Origin: Amoebidium appalachense
Taxonomy: Eukaryota > Protista > Ichthyosporea
Assembly (NCBI GenBank): GCA_963693365.1
Contig: CAVNZM010000003.1
Coordinates: 2,460,408 to 2,524,407, forward strand
DNA length: 64,000 nucleotides
Direction: 5' to 3'
Shown: positions 38,094-51,924 of the stretch, in pieces
Layout: the number at the start of each line of letters is the position of its first letter
Numbering within the stretch: position 1 is the stretch's first letter
The notes under the pieces: model-generated
The model's input: only the letters and a program-made list of their open reading frames with translations
Database searches by the model: none
Told to the model about the DNA's origin: nothing
Made by a program: the position numbers and the translations under genes

Positions 38094-38455
38094 GTGCCTC
38101 AACTTTCTCAAGAGCTGTTTTATATTATTCATCAGCAACGTAAAGAAATTTTCTGCCTTCGGGGTTCTACATATGGTTTGGGGGGGCTTGCTTTTAGCTG
38201 TATGGACTGGTGTCGTAGTGATGTGACATACGCATGCTCCCCGAACCCCCCACATGTCACATGTTCCCATAAACGATCTACAAACGTTAACGATCTACAA
38301 ACGGGGGCCCACGGCGATGGGGGCCCAAACTCGGTCGAATCAATTTGGGCAGTATTCCGACTGTATATTCGAGGATTTCGAAAGCCTCGCTGTGGCCGTC
38401 TCAATTCCTTGATTAAATCATCCTCGAGGATAGGCCAACATGCCGTAGTATCATG
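38094..38455 (+). pseudogene. Possible degenerate Merlin/IS1595-like transposase C-terminal fragment
   Basis: HVTCSHKR..DLQTGAH..NSVESIWAVFRLYIRG resembles the recalled IS1595/Merlin motif HxxVNHxxxFVDxxTGAHTNxIESxW. It is interrupted by small local duplications. Confidence 0.3.
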
Positions 38456-38458
38456 CAG

Positions 38459-41045
<2,587 letters not shown>

Positions 41046-41282
41046 AAGACCAATGCACCCCTATCCATGCAGGTCTTACATCAGATACTCTTACTTGTGG
41101 CATCTCCAAGATAGTTGTATCTACAATAGGCCTTGGTTGCCCTGCAAAATCTATCAAGCCGCGACAGGCCTGATCATGCTATCGATCGCGACACCCCGGA
41201 TCTCCGAGCCTCAATTGCAATCGAGCTGGACTTATCCGAAAGTGCTTTGCACTTGGCGCCAAGTACAAAGCACTTCCGGATA

Positions 41283-41795
41283 TAAAAAGATACCACACGA
41301 CACTAGACCCGATGAAAGCATACACCTTGAAAAACTAAGCCTTATGTCTCGTTTTATATATACTGACCGCCTCAACCATATTGCCAAATATGGCACTCGC
41401 AAGTGTATAACACCTAAATACATATTACCTTCCTGTAGAACTGGTCTTTCTCTAGCTGATGGTATTATTGATCAATTACCACGCTTTTACTGTACACGTG
41501 CTATACAGTGGAGATCTAATAAGTATAAGGTGGCATCATTTGCATGCCCAAACAACACACACACACACCAGTTTAACCGGTCATGTATCGCCAAATGTAG
41601 TTTGATAGACCACATAATACCGCAACACACACACGTCACATTCACAACAGACACCCAGAAAGATAGCCTACCTGTAAATTACAACACCCTTGATTTTATA
41701 CTAAACACGCGTAACTACGACCTGTTTATTAGATGTATTGATTGGCTTGAGAAACACATCACTACAAAATTATAGCGCACGCGCACACACACACA

Positions 41796-41850
<55 letters not shown>
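41283..41850 (+). mobile_element. Probable 5'-truncated non-LTR retrotransposon 3' end with (CA)n tail
   Basis: An intronless, complex ORF tail (TRAIQWRSNKY..ACP..SCIAKC..LDFILN..IDWLEK*) resembles the C-terminal end of LINE ORF2 proteins. The stop at 41775 is followed almost directly by (CA)n. No RT core is present. Confidence 0.4.
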
Positions 41851-41852
<2 letters not shown>

Positions 41853-41884
41853 CCAGCTGATACCGAGTGTCCCGAGGGGAGCCC

Positions 41885-41931
<47 letters not shown>

Positions 41932-43071
41932 GGGGAACCCCAACTAATTGATTTCTCCTTGTAGTCTTTATGGTGTCTCGTAGAGAAAGTAAACCCTGAT
42001 ATATAGTCACCACCCGACATCTATGTACGTGATCATGATATACCGCTGAGGGGATATTCCGAGCAAAACCCCCCCCCCCATACCTGAGACTGGTTCTCTT
42101 TGCCTCGAGTAAACAGCGTAAACCCCTTCCGGATATCCGTCCATAAAAACGGACACTATAATCACCAGAATTTGGGCACGTTTGGCAGGCAGTGAAGAAC
42201 TGAGGCCGAAAGCTAAATAATTAAGCAAAAAGCTTAATCATTTTGCGAAAAGCTTAATTATTATATAAGCGAAAGGCATTATTATTAATCTTTCAAAACT
42301 TAATTATTCATTGAAGGGCGCCAAATCTGTGAGGTTTGCGCACAAAGTGTGCCAATGGTTGCTACATGGTTAATCAACATTATGATCGGGAACCAATCAT
42401 TTATTACATTATTGATCAAATGGCTCACTAGATTACGTAATCGTTTGAATTTGATCCAATCGTGCAAACACGAAGCATCCCTCGTGTGTCCGCTTGAAAT
42501 AAAATAGAACTTTGCTAGCGGCTCTTCGACGCGCAGACTTGAGTACTTTAAACTAATAAACCCCTTTTGAAAATTGGCAGAAGTGGTTTTCCCGCTAGGA
42601 TAGAGGTTTACTCAAAGCCGTTTTGTTCGCCTCCGAGTATTACCCTATTACACTATGCTAGCTAATACATAGACACCCTTTCAGAATCATAGGCGAACAA
42701 AACGGCTCTGAGTAAACGTTTGATTTAGTGAAAAAAACGTTTCGAAAAGCTTAATTATTATGCTCGTGTGGTTGGGCCCCATACTATATAGGGTGTAGGG
42801 TGTAGGATTTCTTTCAAGTGGCCATTGCTGGACAAGTACATAAGGGGATAATTGGCACTACGAACGTGAGAGATTCCATTCATCATTCGGAATCTTTACC
42901 CTTGCACCATACATGTCCTGATATTGTTATATTGTCACATAAGTAATCCCGGGTTCTCCACCAAGAAAAAAAACAAGGGTGCATCCAGAATTTGTTGCCT
43001 GTTCAGTTATCTTCGTTTCTTCAGTGACAAACACAACAAAGTTCTCGTTGTGACACCAACTGCCCGTGACC

Positions 43072-43714
43072 ATGTCTTGCCTTCAGAAATTAGCAGCTGC
43101 CATTGCACTGTGTGCACACACAGTCTCGGCCGTAGAGGGTCCGTCGCCTGTTTACAAGGTATGAAGGACTAACCATGTGTGTAGTGAGTGCATCAATTTT
43201 GTTTCGTTTTGGGTCTGTGGCGTGTATTTTTGTTATCGTCTCTATGACATATTTGTGCTTGGTGTATCCTTGAATCCTGCTTTCATATTGTTTTGATGCA
43301 GGCACATATTTGTGCTTGGTGTATCCTTGAATCCTGCTTTCATATTGTTTTGATGCAGGCACAACACTTCTGCTTGCACTACACACATATATGAAGGCTT
43401 GGTATCCTCGCACTACAAACATATATGAAGGCTTGGATACCAAATCCGCACGAATTGCAAGACTTCATATAATTATTCCGTGCAAACAAGCAGTACGGGC
43501 TGAGAGTTCAAACAATCCCTCTCTCTCCCTCCACCCTTCTCACTCGCTTTTCCTCTCTCTATCCCTCCCTCCGATGCGTTCTGGTTTCTGAACCCCCCCT
43601 CCCCCCCCTCTTCCCTTCTCCTCCCCTCCGGCTTCCCCCTCACACCCTCTTTGTACAAAGACAGTGCATACGTGTCACATTTGCAGCGCCCCCCTCCCTC
43701 CTCCCAGCATACCG

Positions 43715-43771
<57 letters not shown>

Positions 43772-44002
43772 TTCACATATATATTGGTTTTATGCATACA
43801 GTACACTGCACCACATCGCGGGTTAGATCACTTTGATATTGCACTTATTGAATACGCGAAAGTCGAACATGAAAAAACAAACGTGCCTGAAACAAACTTT
43901 TGCTCTCACTGTTTGTTGTGTTGTTGGGAGGGGGGGGGGGGGGAAGCTTATAAGTAGAAGTACAATGGAAAATATCAGGCTTCGTCGTTTACACACAACA
44001 TC

Positions 44003-44033
<31 letters not shown>

Positions 44034-44762
44034 AAAAAAAAAAAAAAAACATTTTTCTCTCCGGCACATTTTGCCTTTTCATTATTCCCTCCGTCATCCG
44101 TCTAATTCTATTCACTTCTGGTCAAACGTTTCGGGAAAGTTGAACTTCCGACCGCCACGGAAAGGGGCAGAAGGGGGAGGGGAGGGGGGGGATGATGAAA
44201 TAACCAGAGATTTCTGGGGAAGGGGGGCCGAGGAGTATAAGAGGAAGGTTTGGTGATCGGGGTGGAGGGGGTGGGGCCCAAAAAGGGCTTCCGCCCTCCC
44301 CCTCCCCCCTCCCCCCCCTGCCAACAAGCAGCACCACTCACCACGCATAAACATTACACGCACACACAAACCACCACCACCACCACAACCACCATTAAGA
44401 ACAGAGATGTGTGTGTGTGTGTGTGTGGTGGTGGTGGTGGTGGTGGTGGTGGGCGGGGGGAGGGGAGGGGAGACAGAGAGAGAAGAAAAAGAGGGAAGAA
44501 AAGGGAAGATTCTTCTTTTTAACACTTGTGTTTTCCTCCAGGAACCCGGTAACCCCAACAACATCCCGGGGCAGTACATGGTGCAATATGACCCAGGGTT
44601 CGATATTACACCCATCGTCAACAGAATAAAAGAGCTCACCGGTAAAGAGCCGGTAGGTCCTGTGTTTCGTTTTGTGTTTGTTTGTTTTTTTTCCCCGGAT
44701 TTTCTTGCTTTCCTGAAGGGCTCCCTGCTTTCTTTGTTCGACACCCCCTTCTCCAACCCCCC

Positions 44763-44793
<31 letters not shown>

Positions 44794-46570
44794 ACACACA
44801 CCACCAAACAACAACAACCCCTTTCTACTTCCATAGCGGATGAGTGTTCCTTGTGGCAGATTGCTTTTCAGTAGAAACGTGAAAACCCCTGATCTAGTGA
44901 GATAACGAAACCGAATTCCATGTAAAGAAATACGGGTTAGTGTGGTGATGGTGGTAATGGTGGTGGTGTGTATGTGGGGGGGGGGGGGGGGAGGGAGGAG
45001 GGGGGGAGGGGGGAAGGATCGAAAAAACAGAAGAAAAAAACCCGAGAGAGAGGAGACAGGGGGAGGTGGGGGAGGGAGGGTGAGAGAGGGAGAGGAGAGG
45101 GAGCTTGTCGGGAGAGGGGGTGGGGGAGGGGGGGAGGGAGGGGGTGTTAGAGATTCACCCTCTCACCCTTTTCCCCCACACCCTTTTCCGCCAACCGACA
45201 GGCTGCCATCAGATCACTCAACGTTGTTCCAATGACACTCACCGAAACAGAGGTGCAAATCCTCAGGAATCATCCAAATGTTACCTCGATTACCCAAGAC
45301 AGAAAGGTTGCAATTCAGGCACTAACACCGTTCGAGATAAAACGAAATAGGCGTCAATTCGAACTCAACCAGAAAATTGGCCTCTCCCTGGCCTCTCTCG
45401 GTCTATCCATAACCGACATGGAAAAGTACTCGGGATATCCCTGGGCACTGGATAGGCTCGATCAGAGATATCTCCCGTTGGATAACGCCACTTTCTACCC
45501 GGGGCCGTGGAGGGGTCAGGGGGTGGATATTTATGTCGTGGACTCGGGTATAGATACCAAACACAAGGAGTTTGAAGGTGAGACAGTAACTTCTCACCTT
45601 CCCCCCCCCCCTCCCCCCCTCCTCACACATACGCACACACACACACACACAGCTGAAGGTGAGACAGAAACTTCTCACCTCTCCCCCCCCCCCCCCCCCC
45701 CCCCCCCTCCTCACACATACGCACACAGCACTACCACACACACACACACACAGCACCACCAACACCACTATTACCACTACCACTACCACCACTACCGACC
45801 ACACATGCGCACACATACACACACACACACGACACACACGTGCATCTCCAAACAGCACGCATACACACATAGGAAGGAGTATGTGTCGTGTGTGTGATGT
45901 GTCGTGTGTGTGTCGTGTGTATGTGTGTATGCGTGCTGTACTCCTTCCTAAGTCCTTAAATATCCTTTCATGTATCCTAACCATTTCCTGTTGTCTGGTT
46001 AGTGCTCATCCAAGGGCTTGAACCTAAAACTGATCTAGCCAGTGCGCCAAATTCCAGGATCGTTGCCAAGATCGTTGCGAAGCGGTAATATATTGAACTT
46101 ATTTTGAAATAGTCATATTTTGAAATAAAAATATTCATATTTCAAAATATGATTATATATGACAAAATAATCATATATAAACAATATAATACATGTTTAT
46201 ATATGATTATTATACATACATGCATACAATTTTCCACCGGTGGATATGTCCGTATCCACCCCATAGTATGGCACATATAAAAACCATGCTAATACAGCAC
46301 CTTATATAACCATTTCAGTATGGTACCTAACCAATCCCCCCCCTCCCCTTCTCCCCAGGGCGTGCATCGTGCTACTGGTCGTTCCCCGGGCTGTCCTCCA
46401 CGGGCAACACGACGGACTGCAGTGACCCGCTGACGCACGGCACGTTTGTGGCCAGTGTGGCGGCAGGCAAGACCGTGGGCGTGGCCAACCAGGCAACAGT
46501 CAAGAGTGTCAGGGTCGTGACTCTGCCCCCCCATCGGGGGGGTTTTTTTTTTTATTTTTTTTTTATGACG

Positions 46571-46613
<43 letters not shown>

Positions 46614-47632
46614 ACCCCGCAACGGGGGGACTGCTTGGGACGACAAATGTACTTTTGGTGGTAAGGACTCCCCCCTCTTGCCCCCCCCCCCCCCCCCCCT
46701 TTTTTTCACCCCATCAACCCCTCCCCCCCCCCCTGCAATTCCTCTCTCTCCCCTCCCTCCCTCCGTTTCCCCCCACCCATCCACACTCACCCCCCCCCCC
46801 CCCCCCCCCCCAACCAAAAAAAAAAAAAAAGGGCATCCCTCACTTAGCCTCTGCTTTTCTCCGTCTTCGTCCTTAACCCCCTAAATCACTCCTTTTCCCC
46901 CTACCCCCTCCCTCCCCCCCCCCCCCCCTTCCCTTCCCCCAGGACTTTTTTTCGGATGAAAGTACCTCCCTCTCCCCCCTCCCCCGCGCATGTCAGCCTG
47001 CCAGCCCACCAGCACCACCCAGCCGCACAGAACTATTCTTTGAAAAACAAATCATAGCACGCCTTAACGACTCTGAGTGTGTGTGTAGACTCACACACAC
47101 ACACACACCACACACATCCTTTGTGCTCACAAAAATCACCATCCTATCAGGGCCTAGAGACCGTCCTTAGCCGCCCGGACAAAACCCGCCCAGCGGTGGT
47201 AGTAACATCCATAGTAGACTCCAACATCACACCACTCTACAAACAACTCATCGACCTTCTATGGGCCGACCGCGTTACCTTCTACAACGCAGCAGGAAAC
47301 AATCACGGTGACGCATGCAAAATGTCACCCAACTGGGTTGGAAACGCTACCTCTGTAGGTGCGACGGCGTTTCGCGACCAATACCCCTTGTTCAGCAACT
47401 ACGGTCCGTGTGTGGACATTTTTGCCCCGGGGGTGTATGTCCAGGGGGCCATTGCCGGCACTGCTGATACGGTGGAGGCAGACATCGGAACTTCCGTTTC
47501 GGCACCGCTTGTCGCCGGCACCGCGGCCGTTTATTTGAGTCAGTTTCCATATGCCGGCCCTGTCGAGGTGAGATTAGTTATCCCTTTTCCTACTCCTCCA
47601 CCCCCCTTCCCACCCAGCTGCCAGCGCTGCTT

Positions 47633-47664
<32 letters not shown>

Positions 47665-48524
47665 CCCACCCCTCTCCCCCACCACCTCCCCCTCCTCCTC
47701 CTCCTCCTCCTCCCCCCCCTCCCCCCCCCCCCCCTTCCCGGCACCTGCCCACCCACCCACCCACCCAACACACACAGAGAGAGAGAGAGAGAGAGAGGGT
47801 GAAGACGGGAGTATGTGGGGTTTGTGTGTATGTGTGTGTGTTGGGTTCTCTGTCTCTTCCCCCCCCCCCCCCCCCCCCACCACCACCACCACCACCACCC
47901 TTCCCATCCCCCATCCCCCCCCCCTCTCCCCCACCCACCCCGTCCCTCATTTGATCTTATAAAGAGCCGATTGGTCCAGATAAACGGTGAAAGCACTGTA
48001 GTAAACCCCAGCCCAAAATATAAGATCAAATAAGGGACGGGGTGGGTGGTGGAGATTTTGGGCTGGGGTTTACTACAGTGCTTTCACCATTTGTTTGAAC
48101 CAATCGGCTCTTTATAACATGCAATATTCGTAGATATATGATCATTTATATATCCTCACATTGGCCAATTTCTCCCCAGGTCCGCAACGCCGTTTTAGGA
48201 AACGCCGTCAAGGACGTCATCACCAACCTCCCCACAGACCTGGTCTCCCCAAACCTCCTCGTGAACGCCGTTTTCACCAAAACCTGCCGGTCGCTCCGCC
48301 CGGCTGTGGCAGCAGATGTTTGGTGCGCTAAACTCGCTAAACTCGCAAACACGACAGAGAGCTGCATTGCCAAGGGCGTGTGCTCAATGATGTCGCCGTA
48401 TGATCTGCGGCCAATGGCGTGCAAGGGCAAGAACCCCAAGCAGCCGTTGTGGGATAAGTGGTGCCAGGGCGTCAGCTGTGACCCCGTGTACAAGGAGTTC
48501 TGTCAGGTGGTCCCAAGCCCATAG
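43072..48524 (+). CDS. Secreted subtilisin-like serine protease (S8), copy 2, inverted paralog of 32932-36042; 6 exons
   Basis: Exons 43072-43158 (MSCLQKLAAAIALCAHTVSA), 44542-44652, 45202-45577, 46359-46660, 47151-47567 and 48180-48524. Intron positions match copy 1, and exons 1, 2, 3 and 5 have the same lengths (87/111/376/417 nt). The D/H/N/S motifs are intact. Exon 4 carries an 87-nt low-complexity insert that may be an artefact. Confidence 0.9.
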
Positions 48525-48630
48525 TTTTGGTGAAAAGAAAAAAAGACACCACAACGAACCTCCCCCCCCCCCCCCCCCCCCCCCCCGCACCACTACATAG
48601 TACGCACACGCGAAGGCTGTATACACTAGT

Positions 48631-48955
48631 ATGTATTTAGTTGGTGGACGTCATGTTCATGACGCGATGTATTTAGTTGATGGACTCCGCGTCATGTAAA
48701 AATCCGAAATGTTGTAGTTGGTGGACGTCATGTTCATGACGCGATGTATTTAGTTGATGGACTCCGCGTCATGTAAAAATCCGAAATGTTGTAGATGTAT
48801 TTAGTTGATGAACTGTGTAGTTGTCATGTAAAAATCCGAAATGTTGTAGATGTATTTAGTTGATGAACTGTGTAGTTGTCATGTAAAAATCCGAAATGTT
48901 GTAGATGTATTTAGTTGATGAACTCCGCGTCATGTAAAAATCCGAATTGTGTAGT
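48631..48955. repeat. Complex tandem repeat downstream of protease copy 2
   Basis: Repeated ATGTATTTAGTTGATG.ACT...GTCATGTAAAAATCCGAAATGTTGTAG units, about 5 copies of variable length. Confidence 0.85.
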
Positions 48956-49159
48956 TGAGTTGGTTGGTGAGCGTGACTGGTTCGAGTCCAATATGTGAAT
49001 AGCTTTAGGAATACTGTGACTGGTTCACAGTTCTACATATTGATATTTGATGAACCCGCAGTTCTACATATTGATGTTTGATGAACCCGGTTGAAGTTAC
49101 AAAACGTTTGTAACGAACATGCGTGGTCATGTGCTTACTTTAAATAACGACCCCCCTTT

Positions 49160-49190
<31 letters not shown>

Positions 49191-49385
49191 TAACGACCCC
49201 CCTTCCCCCCTCCCCCCCCCCACACACACAAAGTTCTTTTGCTTTCGTGCAGCCGGGCTCACTAGGAGGGCCAGGTGAGCCCAGCTGCACGGAAGCAAAA
49301 GAACTTCAACCGCATCAAGCTCGGCTCACTAGGAGGGCCAGGTGAGCCCAGCTGCACGGAAGCAAAAGAACTTAACAGCATAGTT

Positions 49386-49903
49386 CTAAAAAGAGACATC
49401 TAGCTATCTGTCAATTGATACCATATAGCTACTAAACTAAATTAGCTTTACACTAAAAAGAGACATCTAACTATCTGTCAATTGATACCATATAGCTACT
49501 AAACTAAATTAGCTTAGGCTCACACTTAAGAACAAACTATATCAGTTTGTTGCTTGACGTGTAGTCTCTAAGGGGGTCCATCCCGGAGATAATTCACTTC
49601 GCAACTCGTGCCCCTCTATCCCTATCTACTCTTAGATTTGAAGCTTTCGTCAGGATATAAGATGAAAATCCAGAAAATCGTAAAATTGGAGTTTTAGAAG
49701 ATCATTAATTTGAATTTATGAGATTAATAAAAGTATTTAATAGCTATTTAATAGTTAATTAACTTATTTATTAAGTTAAGGAAGGAATCTTATACTATGT
49801 TAATAGTACATCTGGGGTAGACTTGCATCAAGCTTAGAGTAAGAGTAGAGGAGAGTACATCTGGGGTAGACTTGCATCAAGCTTAGAGTAAGAGTAGAGG
49901 AGA
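49386..49903. repeat. Two short tandem duplications (~67 bp x2 at 49386-49515; ~48 bp x2 at 49806-49903)
   Basis: CTAAAAAGAGACATCTA.CTATCTGTCAATTGATACC... occurs twice, and GTACATCTGGGGTAGACTTGCATCAAGCTTAGAGTAAGAGTAGAGGAGA occurs twice. Confidence 0.85.
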
Positions 49904-50371
49904 GAAGAGAGAACATCCATTCCCTGCCAGGTGTGCACGTGTGGTGCGGTTGAAGTTTTTAAAAATTGCCTGACGGCTTTTATTATCCAATATAGAAGTG
50001 GATTTAATTCCATTTTTTCAAAAGAGCTTGTGTAGCTTTCGGATCTGTGTGGTCTATAGCTATATATGTGTATACATCGCCACCTTTCATGGTCAAGCAC
50101 AAATACGTACTATTACGGCCGGATGCCATATGAAGGACGAAACAACTTGGCAATGCGGCCATGCCATACATGCGCCTCGGCGACGTCATGATAATACATG
50201 TAGCATGCATGAGTGGAATTCAAACGTGTCACGAATACACTGTCATACAGCTGTACGCCTCCGCGTAAGCATGTTTAGCCCAATATTAGTTGGTCGGGAT
50301 GTGAGGGAAGTTCTTTAAAAAAGGGAGGCTGGGGAGCGGGCAGCGACGGGGGGATCCGGAAGGGGGGAGGT

Positions 50372-50406
<35 letters not shown>

Positions 50407-50703
50407 GGGAGGGAGAGGCCGTGGAGGTATCGGTCTGCGTGATTCGACTCATGCGGCCCAAGTTCCATTGGTACATTAGGTAGCCCGGGGCCCTAGCGCA
50501 GCTCAGCGTAGGCCTGCACACCACACGTACGTATACGGTACCGTGCACACCACTGTGAAGTTGGTTGAGGCTGAAAGCCGCTGTATATGCATACGGATAC
50601 ATAAATTACTCGCCGGTATGTACAGTACTGTAATACATTGTGGTTAAACGTTGTACGGCTGGTGATCGGATCGATGATATATCCATGAGTTTACTTTCTT
50701 CCG

Positions 50704-50736
<33 letters not shown>

Positions 50737-51924
50737 TGGTGGTGGTGCGTGGTGGAAGGGTGGTCCGTGGTGGTGCGGTGTGTACGTGTGTGTGGTGGGG
50801 GGGGGGGGGGAGAAGGGGGATGGGACCGTGAGACAAATTCGTTCGGGATTGGTGTGCAAGTGTGGGGGAAAAGTTGGGTGGCATGGCGTTTGGAAATGGT
50901 TGTGGTACAGTACGTTACGTTATAAGGATATTCAAAAAAAAAAAAAACGTTTTTACGAAAGGGGACCCTATGTATACAGACGGTGAATATGATAGGAGAA
51001 ACGGTCGACCGGAAGTGAAAGTGTGTGCATGTGTTGTGCTGGGCGGTGGGTGTTCAAAGGGTAAGAATCAAATCAAACAGATCGATACACTATGAATTCC
51101 CGGGGCAAGCTTGATCAATGAGCCAGAGGAACCCTTTGCTCCCTTTGCTACTGCCAACCAAAAAAAAAAAAAAATAAACTCATGATAATGAATTTTTTTT
51201 TTATTTTATCACGTTTTGTTCCCGGAGGGCCTTTTCAGGCCCTCTAGGGAAACTACCGTCTACCACACAGCTATGATAATGAAAGCAGTGGCATATTAAA
51301 TGCCCTTATTATTAAATGGCAACCGTGTCATGTACATGATCATATAGGGGACCAACACACACGTCCAAAAAAGGAGGTTCCAAGTAATTAAAAATGGGAT
51401 GGCCATGGTGCCCGTTGGTGCAGCAATGCCATGGCCAAAGCAAGCGCCCACATCACAGTTGCAGGCAGGACGGTACACCGGTGGTGGTGGTGGTGGTGAG
51501 GGAGGGGGGGGGGAGGGGGGGGGGGGGGGGGGGGGGGAGGAGGGGGGAGGAGGAGGGGAGGGGGGGGGGGGGAGAGAGAGAGAGAGAGGGGAAGGGATAG
51601 GAGATGGTGGAAAGGGAAGGGAAGAATTGAAAATAAAAACACTCAGTACAAGTTAGCACACAAATATTAGCATGTGACCATATAACTTAGTTTGATACCT
51701 AACCTTTGTGTGTCTCCCACCCACACAACCGCGACGGGCAGCCCGATCATGAGGGGGGAAACTCCGCCGGCCGGGGGGCAAAACCTGCCACGTTCGACTG
51801 TGGCCTCAGCCGCCGTATGATAAACTATACTCTGTATGAGTTGGCGCGTGATCAGTCGCTTCGGAAGGAGAGTTTTGTCAGCCTTGAAAAATAAGAGCTA
51901 CCTCCAAAGGTAGCAGGTGCAAAA

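Noticed and set aside
43247-43361. 57-bp tandem duplication in protease copy 2 intron 1 (and a ~64-bp one at ~60615-60740)
   Set aside because: Ordinary local duplications with no further structure.
48940-49010. tRNA gene
   Set aside because: The A- and B-box-like motifs lack an acceptor stem and an anticodon arm.
51219-51250. Terminator-like hairpin GGAGGGCC-ttttca-GGCCCTCT
   Set aside because: It is a short stem in eukaryotic intergenic DNA with no U-tract; intrinsic terminators do not apply.
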